Shown here one piece after another: positions 24,891 through 33,133 of a stretch of DNA of 42,186 bases (position 1 is its first letter; the number at the start of each line of letters is the position of its first letter). The position numbers and the translations under genes were made by a program. The notes beneath the pieces are model-generated. The model worked only from the letters and a program-made list of their open reading frames with translations, was not told the DNA's origin and searched no databases. Origin of the DNA: Phycisphaerae bacterium (GTDB lineage Bacteria > Planctomycetota > Phycisphaerae > WQYP01); assembly GCA_044344145.1 (NCBI GenBank), contig JBIJDM010000002.1, positions 1-42,186 on the forward strand. Direction: 5' to 3'.

Positions 24891-26318
24891 TCACGGCCCC
24901 TCCGGTAAATCGTAACAGACCATCTCATCAAGATCGCGCACGATCAGGCCCCGGCCACTCACGGCCATGGGAGCCCAGCTTTCATGCCCCTGGAGCAAAC
25001 GCGCCTGGGCCCGCACAGTAAAGCCATCCGGCCGTGCAGCCATGACGGTCAAACGGCCACGATCGTCCAAGGCCCAGAGGCTGTCACCGGCCAGAAAATA
25101 GGGCCCCAGGCCAAAGCGTACCGCGCCGCTGCTCCACTTGCGTGTGGCCGTCAGGGGGTCCAGACAGACCATCTCTCCGCCGGGCACCACGCCGTAGACG
25201 TGTCCATCGTGAGTGATGGGGGTATGTTGCTCGGCGCCGAATTCATTGGCCTTGAAAGTATGCACCCGCTGCACCTGCCAGTGGTCTTCGACCAGCGCGA
25301 GTTTGATGACCTGTGCCCCCGCGCCGTAACCGCCGGCGAGTAGCAGATGATCTTCACCTACCACCACGGGCGAGGCCACGACGGCCTGAGGAATCCGCCA
25401 ACCGGGATAGGTCCATAATAACGTACCGTCGTTACTGATTCCCGCCACGCCGCCGGTGTAACAGGCCACGTACATGCGTTGGCCCGCGAGGGTCAGGGGC
25501 GTCAGACTGGCATGGGTCTGTTCCCATCCAGCCAATTCCGCCGGGGCATCCAACTGCCAGAGCACCTTGCCGGTTGAAGGGTCCAAGGCCAGCATGAGCA
25601 CCTTGCCCCCGACGGCGACGAGTAATTTGCCATCATCCGCCAGCAAGCATTGACCCGCATACCACTCTGGCACGCGCGCCTGATATTGGGCGCATAAATC
25701 CAAGCCCCACAAATAAGCCCCAGACTTTATATCCACCGCCATCAGATGTAATTTCGGCCCCAGCGTGATGACCACATCCCCCACCACCATCGGCACGGTG
25801 CGCGATACGCCGTGATTGCTTTTGGTCTTGAGCGTGTAACCCCGCCGCCAGAGTTCCTGGCCATCGTGGATATTCCAGCAGCGCAGGACATCCCCGCCGG
25901 TGTTCTGCCACTTGGGATCGTAATCCAGCAGCATGACGCGTCCCTGCGCCACCACCGGCCCGGCATAGCCCGGCCCGAGCATGGGCACCCGCCAGCGGAC
26001 CTGAGGACCGGCGCTGGGCCAATGGTAGGACAGTGCTTCGGAGTGTACCCCATCGCGTAATGGCCCCCTGAAGCCGGGCCAGAGCGGTGTGACGGCGGGG
26101 TCCGCGCTGGCAAAGGTCTGTAAGGTGCCGGTGATATCCAGCGGCTTTTTTCCCGCCCCATCGGCAACACCTCCATCCAAGCCCGGCACCCGCAGAGCGG
26201 GCGCAGGTCGGGAAGATTGCCATACCAGTGCCACCATGGCCAAAGCACAAGCCAAACCGACCACCAGTGGTATCCCGTACGGCGCGAAGCGTAATTGGCG
26301 CGTGGGCATCCGTAACAT
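24891..26318 (-). CDS. Membrane-anchored PQQ-like (BamB-family-like) beta-propeller protein, first gene of the redox operon
   Basis: N-terminal anchor IPLVVGLACALAMVALVW. LWPGFRGPLRDG is followed by repeated propeller strands (DGQELWRR, SGAYLWGL, TGKVLWQL, DGTLLWTY). There is no SD, which is consistent with a near-leaderless start. Confidence 0.8.
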   Translation of the reverse strand: MLRMPTRQLRFAPYGIPLVVGLACALAMVALVWQSSRPAPALRVPGLDGGVADGAGKKPLDITGTLQTFASADPAVTPLWPGFRGPLRDGVHSEALSYHWPSAGPQVRWRVPMLGPGYAGPVVAQGRVMLLDYDPKWQNTGGDVLRCWNIHDGQELWRRGYTLKTKSNHGVSRTVPMVVGDVVITLGPKLHLMAVDIKSGAYLWGLDLCAQYQARVPEWYAGQCLLADDGKLLVAVGGKVLMLALDPSTGKVLWQLDAPAELAGWEQTHASLTPLTLAGQRMYVACYTGGVAGISNDGTLLWTYPGWRIPQAVVASPVVVGEDHLLLAGGYGAGAQVIKLALVEDHWQVQRVHTFKANEFGAEQHTPITHDGHVYGVVPGGEMVCLDPLTATRKWSSGAVRFGLGPYFLAGDSLWALDDRGRLTVMAARPDGFTVRAQARLLQGHESWAPMAVSGRGLIVRDLDEMVCYDLPEGP

Positions 26319-26326
26319 AATACCGG

Positions 26327-26355
26327 ATTTTAATGTCTTATTTTGTTATTTCCAA
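26327..26355 (-). promoter_or_regulatory. Candidate sigma70-type promoter of the leftward redox operon (near-leaderless)
   Basis: On the minus strand: TTGGAA (26355-26350), a 17-nt spacer, then TAAAAT (26332-26327). Only 8 nt separate the -10 hexamer from the ATG at 26318, and there is no SD. Confidence 0.35.
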
Positions 26356-26370
26356 GTTTTTAGGTATCAT
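26343..26370 (+). promoter_or_regulatory. Candidate sigma70-type promoter of the rightward propeller/ABC operon
   Basis: TTGTTA (26343-26348), a 16-nt spacer, then TATCAT (26365-26370). Its -35 element is back-to-back with the -35 of the leftward promoter. The region is AT-rich in an otherwise GC-rich genome. Confidence 0.3.
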
Positions 26371-26398
26371 CAGGCTACATTTTATGAAAGGTTTAACC

Positions 26399-27622
26399 AT
26401 GCGACGGATGGGATTGGCCGTATTAACTACACTCGCGGTGGTCTCTTTGGCCCCGGTTTACGCCGCTTGGCCGCGCTATTTGGGCCCGCAAGGCAATGGT
26501 TTTGCCGATGATGTGGGGATCAACAAAGACTGGAACAACAAAGCGCCCAAGAAGCTGTGGACCATGCCGTTATCGGATAATGGCTATGGCGGGCCGATCG
26601 TGGCCGATAAAAAAGTATTCATCATGGACCACACCGGCGGCGGTGGCGGTCAGGATGTCATCCGGGCATTGGATTTGGAAACCGGGAAACAGGCATGGGA
26701 ATTCGCCTTTGTCTCCAAGGGCAGCAAAGACAATTATGGTTTTACCCGTCCGAGTCCCTGTTATGCCGGGGGGATGCTGTACATCTCCGGCAAAATGGGT
26801 GAGATTGCCTGTCTGGATGCCAATACCGGCAAGGGGGTGTGGGAAAAACATTTGGTGAAAGACTTCGGCGGCAATCCCCCCAAGTGGGAATTTTCCGCCT
26901 CCCCGGTCGTGGATGAAGACCGTCTGCTCATTCAGCCCGGGGGCAAGACTTCGCTGGTCGTGCTGAACCGTAAAGATGGCAAGACGATCTGGCAGGGACC
27001 GGCATCCAATGGTTCGGCGGGTTATGCCGCCCCGGTCAAAGCCAAAATCGGCGGCGTGGAGCAGTACGTCATCATGACGGATGCCGAATGTTGGGGTCTG
27101 GATTACAAGACCGGGGCCAAGCTCTGGAGTTTTGAGTGGAAAACCAATTTCGGCGTCAACGCCTGTGTGCCGATTGTGATCGGCGATCAGGTATTGGTCT
27201 CCAGCGGTTACAACATGGGCACCGGGTTATACCAGATCACCGATAACAAAGCCACGCAGGTGTGGTTCACCAACGAGGCAAAATCGCGTTTCAGCACGCC
27301 GATCTACCATAATGGCTTTGTTTACAGCACCGGCGATCAGAAAACCCTTGCGTGTTTGGATATCAAGAACGGCAAGCCTGTATGGACGGTCAAGGGTTTT
27401 GAGTGGGGTGGTCTGCTGGCGGCCGATGGCACTTTGATTGTGATGGATGCCAAGACCGGCGCGCTGGTGCAATATGCCCTGGACGGCACGGCGGCCAAGG
27501 AACTAGGCCGGATGGAAAAACCGGTTGGCGGCAAGAATAACTTCTGGACCGCTCCGGTACTCAGCGAAGGTCGGCTGGTCCTGCGCAGCCCGGTGGAACT
27601 GGCCGTCTACGATTTGAAATAA
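26399..27622 (+). CDS. Secreted PQQ-like beta-propeller protein
   Basis: Signal peptide MRRMGLAVLTTLAVVSLAPVYA|A, then WPRYLGPQGNG, then repeated strands TGKQAWEF, TGKGVWEK, DGKTIWQG, TGAKLWSF and NGKPVWTV. The start at 26399 is chosen because AAAGG lies 7 nt upstream. ATGs at 26384 and 26333 are alternatives. Confidence 0.8.
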   Translation: MRRMGLAVLTTLAVVSLAPVYAAWPRYLGPQGNGFADDVGINKDWNNKAPKKLWTMPLSDNGYGGPIVADKKVFIMDHTGGGGGQDVIRALDLETGKQAWEFAFVSKGSKDNYGFTRPSPCYAGGMLYISGKMGEIACLDANTGKGVWEKHLVKDFGGNPPKWEFSASPVVDEDRLLIQPGGKTSLVVLNRKDGKTIWQGPASNGSAGYAAPVKAKIGGVEQYVIMTDAECWGLDYKTGAKLWSFEWKTNFGVNACVPIVIGDQVLVSSGYNMGTGLYQITDNKATQVWFTNEAKSRFSTPIYHNGFVYSTGDQKTLACLDIKNGKPVWTVKGFEWGGLLAADGTLIVMDAKTGALVQYALDGTAAKELGRMEKPVGGKNNFWTAPVLSEGRLVLRSPVELAVYDLK

Positions 27623-27638
27623 GTCCGCAAGGAACCCC

Positions 27639-28304
27639 ATGCTAACCTTGCACGCGGTCAGTAAGAGTTACCCCACGCCGCAAGGCGCACTGGCGGTATT
27701 GGATGGGCTGGACGCAGTATGGGGACCCGGCACGTATGCACTGATGGGCGCATCGGGTTCGGGCAAGAGCACGCTGCTGAATCTGATTGCGGGACTGGAC
27801 ACCCCCACCGCCGGGGAGATTCGGTTTGAGGGGACGGCATTAGCCAGCTACACCGCAGCCCAAATGGATGCCTATCGGGCGCGGACCATCGGACTGTTGT
27901 TTCAAGAGCATCATTTACTGGGTCATCTCACGGCGCTGGATAATGTGCTGCTGGCCACGCTGGCGGTGGATGCCCCACAACCCCGCGCGGTGGCGCTGGA
28001 ATTATTGGCGGAGCTGGGGATTGATCGACGCATGGCCTTTGCCTATCCGCACCAACTCTCCGGCGGGCAGTGCCAGCGCGTCGCGCTGGCTCGGGCCCTG
28101 ATCAATCAGCCACGCATGTTACTGTGCGATGAACCCACCGGCAGTCTGGACGCGGCCACCGCCCGGCAAGTCGCCGCGACGATTACACAAATCGCCCAGC
28201 GCCGCGGCCTGATCGTATTGGTCGTCACGCATAATCCCGATCTGGCCGCCCTGATGCAGCAACGGTATCACCTGGCGGATGGCCACCTGACGCGACAGAC
28301 CTAG
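27639..28304 (+). CDS. ABC transporter ATP-binding protein (LolD/MacB/FtsE-like)
   Basis: Walker A GASGSGKST, Q-loop LLFQEH, signature LSGGQCQRVALARAL, Walker B MLLCDEPTGSLD and H-loop VVTHN. Confidence 0.95.
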   Translation: MLTLHAVSKSYPTPQGALAVLDGLDAVWGPGTYALMGASGSGKSTLLNLIAGLDTPTAGEIRFEGTALASYTAAQMDAYRARTIGLLFQEHHLLGHLTALDNVLLATLAVDAPQPRAVALELLAELGIDRRMAFAYPHQLSGGQCQRVALARALINQPRMLLCDEPTGSLDAATARQVAATITQIAQRRGLIVLVVTHNPDLAALMQQRYHLADGHLTRQT

Positions 28305-28313
28305 GAGTATGCG

Positions 28314-31277
28314 ATGGCCGGAACCGCTCTTGTGTTGCGCGCTGTAACTCCGCCGTTCCGCCTGCTGCTCGCCAGTGCGGCGGTAGTGGCGCTGATCACA
28401 CTGGTAATCGGCGGGGCGCTGCAACTGGGCCACCAGTTCAATTCCATGTTGCTGGAACAGGCGCGGCGTAACACGCTGGATCTGGGTTGGTATTGCCTAA
28501 CGCCGGATTATCTCGACGCCAGTATCACGCAGGCGTATCCGGCGGATACCGTCGCCCCGCTGGTCTGGTTGCCGGGGGCGGCGGAAACGGCGACCAGCGA
28601 CATTTCCGTGCCGGTACAGATTCTCGCGGGGGATGCCACACTGGCCCAAGTCACATTGCCGGCACCGCCGGAGCAGCAGGCCTGGGTGCATCCGATTCTG
28701 CTCCAGCGGTTGGGCCTCAAGGCGGGGCAGGAAATTCTGTTGACCGTCACCCGGCCCGACCAACTTCCCCAGCATGTACTCATGGCCACCCGTCGTGATC
28801 AAAAGCGTTTACTCACGCTCCGGGTGCAGGCGATGGAATATACCACGCTGCCAGCGCAGTGTGATCTGGGGCCGCAGGGCGGTGGGCTATTGGTGGTGAT
28901 CAACCGGGCCACACTGGTGCAGGCGGGTTGGGATGCCATGCGGATCAATATGTTGGCCGCAACCAAGCCACCTGCACGCAGCGCCACGGCAGTTGATCTG
29001 GCGACTTTTGGCCTGCAATTACGGCCGCGCCCTGAGCATGGCGACACGTTGCTAATCGGGCACGATTTCGCCCTGCCGAAACTACCGTTTGGTGATTTTG
29101 TTCTAACCCCACGCGTACTGTATGTCGCGGACCGAGTAGCCACCGGCACGGGCGCGGAAATTTCCTATGCGACCATCGGCAGTGAGACCAAGGCACGCGG
29201 CTGGTGGTTGACGCCCTGGACGGCAGAGGCGCTGCGTGCCCAAGTCGGGCAGCCACTCACAGTGACCTTGCTGCGCCCCGATGCGACGGGACAATTTATC
29301 GCCAGCACCCACACGCTGCCGGTGGAACGCATCCTCACCCCCGCAGAATGGCGTCCCGACCGCGACTATGCCCCCGCGCTGCCCGGTCTGACGGATGCCA
29401 CCAACATCACGGATTGGGATGTGCCTTTCCCGCTGGAGGCCCAGCGCATCACCCCCGCCGATGAAGCCTATTGGGATACGTACCGCGCCAGTCCCAAACT
29501 TTGGGCTCCGCCTGCGTTACTGCAAACTTTACTCTTACCCGCACAGGCACCACCAGAGGCCACGCTCTACAGTAGCGCCACGTCCACACGTACAGATGAG
29601 GCCTCGCTGGTCCGGCAAATTGCCGACGAACGTTGCACCCAACTGGAGACCCAGGGGGTGCAACCGCAATTGCAGTTGGCTCAACGGGCCACCACGGCCA
29701 TGAACTTTACCGCGCTGTTGGTGGCCCTGAGCATACCACTGCTGTTGGCCCTGTCGCTGCTGCTGTGGAGCCTGCTGCAATTAACCATCCGCCGGCTAGC
29801 ACCCCATATCGCGCTCTTGCGTACGCTGGGTTTTTCGCTCTGGCGTTGCCGCATGCTGACGCTGCTGGCACTCCAGCCGATGTTGCTGATCGGCATTGCC
29901 TGCGGACTGGCTTTTACGCTGGGTTATCAGAATATTCTGGGGCAATTCTTCCTGATAGTGGGTGGCCGATCCCTGCTGGGGATCACCAGCGGGTCCATGA
30001 TGATCTGGCCCGCGCAGGGGTTGAATGGCATGAGTGTGTGGGTAGGAGTGGGGATGGCACTGACGGCCAACCTGATGTTGCTGCGGCAAATCTGTGCGCT
30101 GGGGTCCCGGCCTGAAGTGGCGGCCCTGCGGCAGAAGTCGGAATTGCACGCGCCGCGCCGGCTAAGTCGCTGGTTGCCCGGCCAGTTGTCCAGCCTGCCG
30201 CAGCTCGCGCTACGTAACATGACGGCGGGGATATGGCAGGGGCTGGGGATTTTTACCAGTATGCTGTTCGCGCTGCTGCTGGTGACCGCGTTGCTGCTGC
30301 ATATCCAGCGCAGTGCCACACCCGCATCCGCCACGGCGGGACTATTTAATGGCCAATATCGCGTGATCACGCAATTGGATTTACCCGCGCGCTGGCGCGA
30401 CCCGCAACAGCGTACCGAACTGCTGGCCGATTTCCCGGAACTCCAAACGCTGCGTCTGCAATCCCTGTTGCTGGGTCCCGGCCAGAGCACCGACTGCACC
30501 ACGGCCCTGCGGCCACCCCAGCCGCGTTTGTTAGGGATTCCGGACGCGTGGTTTGCGCAACTGGCACCGCAGGCGGTCGCACTCCCCGCCGGGGTCGTCG
30601 CCTGTATTGCCGACAGCCAAACATTGCAATGGACATTGCACACCGCACTCGGTGGTATCTTGCCCGATAGCGCGCCGCGCCCCCTGCAGGTTGTAGCCAC
30701 CACGGAAAACACGATCTGGTCCGGAGAACTGCTGGTCCGTGAAAGTGACCTGTTGGCCATGTATCCTCAGGCCAGCAGTCAGCGGTATTGGCTGGTGGAT
30801 GCCCCACCGGGTCAAAGTGCCGCTTTGGCACGGCTGTGGGCACGCTATGGCCCGCAGGTGGAGACCACGGAAGATTTGCTCGCGCGGGTGCTGGCCGCGC
30901 AAAAAGTGTATATGTATGTGCTGCTCTTGTTGGGTGGTTTGGGGGTCATCATGGGCACGCTGGGCTGGATGGCTCTAATCTGGCGGAATGTCGCGGCCCG
31001 ACAGAGCGAACTGGCTTTATTACGTGCCCTGGGCTTCAGCGGGCAACGGATTCTGGTTATGTTGCTCTGGGAATATGGCACACCGTTGTTAGGCGGGGTG
31101 ATTTTGGGAACGGCACTGGGCGTGCTGGTTGGGCTGCCGGTACTTTCCACCCCAACGGCCCTGTGGCCCCCTATGATTCTGGCGGTGGTACTGGTGGCAG
31201 GCAATCTGGTTGGACTAAGTTTCCTGCTAGGACTGCACCTTCGTGGCCCGTTGTTAACCGCCCTGCGGCGGGAGTGA
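28314..31277 (+). CDS. ABC transporter permease with two FtsX-type domains and large extracytoplasmic regions
   Basis: 987 aa with AGGAG 6 nt upstream. There are two FtsX-like modules (...IALLRTLGFSLWRCRMLTLL... and ...LALLRALGFSGQRILVMLLWEY...). Each is preceded by a TM segment and a long hydrophilic stretch. Confidence 0.85.
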   Translation: MAGTALVLRAVTPPFRLLLASAAVVALITLVIGGALQLGHQFNSMLLEQARRNTLDLGWYCLTPDYLDASITQAYPADTVAPLVWLPGAAETATSDISVPVQILAGDATLAQVTLPAPPEQQAWVHPILLQRLGLKAGQEILLTVTRPDQLPQHVLMATRRDQKRLLTLRVQAMEYTTLPAQCDLGPQGGGLLVVINRATLVQAGWDAMRINMLAATKPPARSATAVDLATFGLQLRPRPEHGDTLLIGHDFALPKLPFGDFVLTPRVLYVADRVATGTGAEISYATIGSETKARGWWLTPWTAEALRAQVGQPLTVTLLRPDATGQFIASTHTLPVERILTPAEWRPDRDYAPALPGLTDATNITDWDVPFPLEAQRITPADEAYWDTYRASPKLWAPPALLQTLLLPAQAPPEATLYSSATSTRTDEASLVRQIADERCTQLETQGVQPQLQLAQRATTAMNFTALLVALSIPLLLALSLLLWSLLQLTIRRLAPHIALLRTLGFSLWRCRMLTLLALQPMLLIGIACGLAFTLGYQNILGQFFLIVGGRSLLGITSGSMMIWPAQGLNGMSVWVGVGMALTANLMLLRQICALGSRPEVAALRQKSELHAPRRLSRWLPGQLSSLPQLALRNMTAGIWQGLGIFTSMLFALLLVTALLLHIQRSATPASATAGLFNGQYRVITQLDLPARWRDPQQRTELLADFPELQTLRLQSLLLGPGQSTDCTTALRPPQPRLLGIPDAWFAQLAPQAVALPAGVVACIADSQTLQWTLHTALGGILPDSAPRPLQVVATTENTIWSGELLVRESDLLAMYPQASSQRYWLVDAPPGQSAALARLWARYGPQVETTEDLLARVLAAQKVYMYVLLLLGGLGVIMGTLGWMALIWRNVAARQSELALLRALGFSGQRILVMLLWEYGTPLLGGVILGTALGVLVGLPVLSTPTALWPPMILAVVLVAGNLVGLSFLLGLHLRGPLLTALRRE

Positions 31278-31280
31278 ACC

Positions 31281-32339
31281 TTGCGTTACGCTGGTTATAT
31301 CTGCGGATTGGCCCTGCTCCTGATTATGGGGGTCTGGGCCGCTGCGCCCACGCCTCCGACCACCCGACCACTAAAGCCGGAAATCGTCTGGTCACAAAAC
31401 TTTGGCAAACGACTGAAAGCCACGCCGGTCATGACGCCGGCCGGGCTGATCCTGCCCACCGATGCGGGACAGGTCCATTTGCTTGATCCCGCCACCGGCA
31501 AGCCGATCTGGTCCGCCCCCGTCGAGGGCAGCGCGGGGCAGGCGACCTGCACCGACAAGCTGGTTTATCTGGGCGATGAAGATGGGTTCATGCGTTGTCT
31601 GGACCTCGCCACCGGCAAAGAGCGCTGGCAATTCGCCACCCAGCAAACCATTGTCGGCGCCCCGCTGTTGGCGGATGGCCGGCTCTACTTTGGCTCGTAT
31701 AATCACAAGGTCTATGCGGTGGATGCCGTCACGGGCAAGGAGCTTTGGAGCTTTACCACCGATGCGGAAGTACATGCCCCACCCCGGCTGGTGGACAATA
31801 TGCTGCTGGTCGGGGGCTGCGATGGCTTTGTGCGGTGGTTGGATCCGGCCACCGGCAAGGAAGTGCAGCAATACAAGCTTGGACAGAATGTCGCCAGTGC
31901 TCCACTGATTGATACCAGCGTCAAACCCCCACTCGTGGTGGTCGCGGGCATGACCGGCCAAGTGACCGCCCTGACGGCAGCGGATAAAGTGCTCTGGCAA
32001 TTTGATCTGAAAAAGAAAATCCAAGCCGACCTGATTGCCCTGCCTGATGCGGTGGGTTTGTATACACTGGATGGGTTGTTTATGGTCCTCAATCGCGACA
32101 CCGGCAAGACGCTGGCGCGGTTCAAACTCGAGGACGGCGAACGCTGTGCCCCGCTCCTCACCGCCGATACGATCTATCTGATCGGCGATAACGAGCTTAA
32201 TGCACTGAACCTGAAAACCTATAAGAAACGCTGGGATTTTAAACTTACCGGCCAGCCGCTGGCCACCCCCGCCATCACACCCGAGGCGCTTTATATCGCG
32301 CAGGAAAACGGCACGCTGATCAAGCTGCGTTTGCCCTGA
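31281..32339 (+). CDS. Secreted PQQ-like beta-propeller protein
   Basis: TTG start with GGAG 6 nt upstream, 3 nt after the permease stop. Signal peptide MRYAGYICGLALLLIMGVWAAA. Repeated strands are TGKPIWSA, TGKERWQF, TGKELWSF, TGKEVQQY, DKVLWQF and YKKRWDF. Confidence 0.8.
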   Translation: MRYAGYICGLALLLIMGVWAAAPTPPTTRPLKPEIVWSQNFGKRLKATPVMTPAGLILPTDAGQVHLLDPATGKPIWSAPVEGSAGQATCTDKLVYLGDEDGFMRCLDLATGKERWQFATQQTIVGAPLLADGRLYFGSYNHKVYAVDAVTGKELWSFTTDAEVHAPPRLVDNMLLVGGCDGFVRWLDPATGKEVQQYKLGQNVASAPLIDTSVKPPLVVVAGMTGQVTALTAADKVLWQFDLKKKIQADLIALPDAVGLYTLDGLFMVLNRDTGKTLARFKLEDGERCAPLLTADTIYLIGDNELNALNLKTYKKRWDFKLTGQPLATPAITPEALYIAQENGTLIKLRLP

Positions 32340-32345
32340 TAAAGC

Positions 32346-33071
32346 TTATGATTTCTTCCACACCCGGTATAACGTGCCGCATTGCGGTTGGCCAGCAAAG
32401 TCTTTGCCTTCCAGCGGTTCGGCTTTGATGGCAAAACCCGCACTCACGGCTTCCAGCGGAAAATCTTCCGCGCTGCGGCGCTGCGGATCGGATACCCAGG
32501 CGACCCCGCCGGGGGCCAGTAGCGCCTCAATGGCACCCAGCAACAACGGATGTAAACGCCGTTCATACAGCACATCCGAAGCGATAATCCAGGTAAATTT
32601 TTCCGCCACGGGCGCACGCCAATCCATCGGTGCGGTGCGCACCTGCTGGGGGGAAATCCCGTTCCGCAGGGCATTATGTTCGGCAAATTCCACGGCTTTG
32701 GCGTCGTAGTCCGTGAACAGAACGTCCCAACCGCGCTGAGCGGCGGCTATCCCTGCCAGCCCCAGGCCGCACCCCAGTTCAATCGTCCGCGCCACCTGCC
32801 CCGGTATGATTACCGGCGGCGCACTGGTGGCACTCAGGATGTAATTTGCCATCATCAGACTGCTGGGCCAGATTACCGGCCAATAGGGCATGTAGTTATC
32901 GGCTTTATACCGGGCATGGGTCTCGGGGTCATCTAGCAGGGCATCGGGATTGGCCGGGGCCAAGAGCTGCACCTGCCCCGCACAGGTCTCCAGCAGATGA
33001 ATCCGGGTGGCGATGTGCGCGGATAAACGGGCGGCACCGGCGGTGATGGCATCGGGTTGGGCGTTGGTCAC
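32346..33071 (-). CDS. Class I SAM-dependent methyltransferase (Methyltransf_16/protein-lysine-MT-like)
   Basis: Motif I is IELGCGLGLAGIAAA. It is followed by the acidic residue of FTDYD and the post-III motif IIASDVLYE. GTG start with AAGGAG 8 nt upstream. Confidence 0.8.
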   Translation of the reverse strand: MTNAQPDAITAGAARLSAHIATRIHLLETCAGQVQLLAPANPDALLDDPETHARYKADNYMPYWPVIWPSSLMMANYILSATSAPPVIIPGQVARTIELGCGLGLAGIAAAQRGWDVLFTDYDAKAVEFAEHNALRNGISPQQVRTAPMDWRAPVAEKFTWIIASDVLYERRLHPLLLGAIEALLAPGGVAWVSDPQRRSAEDFPLEAVSAGFAIKAEPLEGKDFAGQPQCGTLYRVWKKS

Positions 33072-33133
33072 AAATCATACTCCTTGGCGGGTTTCCTGCC
33101 CGCCGCTTTGGCGGTATCTTACCGCATACACGC

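Noticed and set aside
20594-32339. Idea that the propeller proteins are NosZ-like or PQQ-dependent dehydrogenases, which would make this a known pathway
   Set aside because: There is no C-terminal cupredoxin/CuA motif and no obvious His-rich CuZ ligand set. I also could not see the quinoprotein features by eye (vicinal Cys-Cys in the right context, or haem-c domains). pqq biosynthesis genes are absent from the window. The analogy is kept only as a design parallel.
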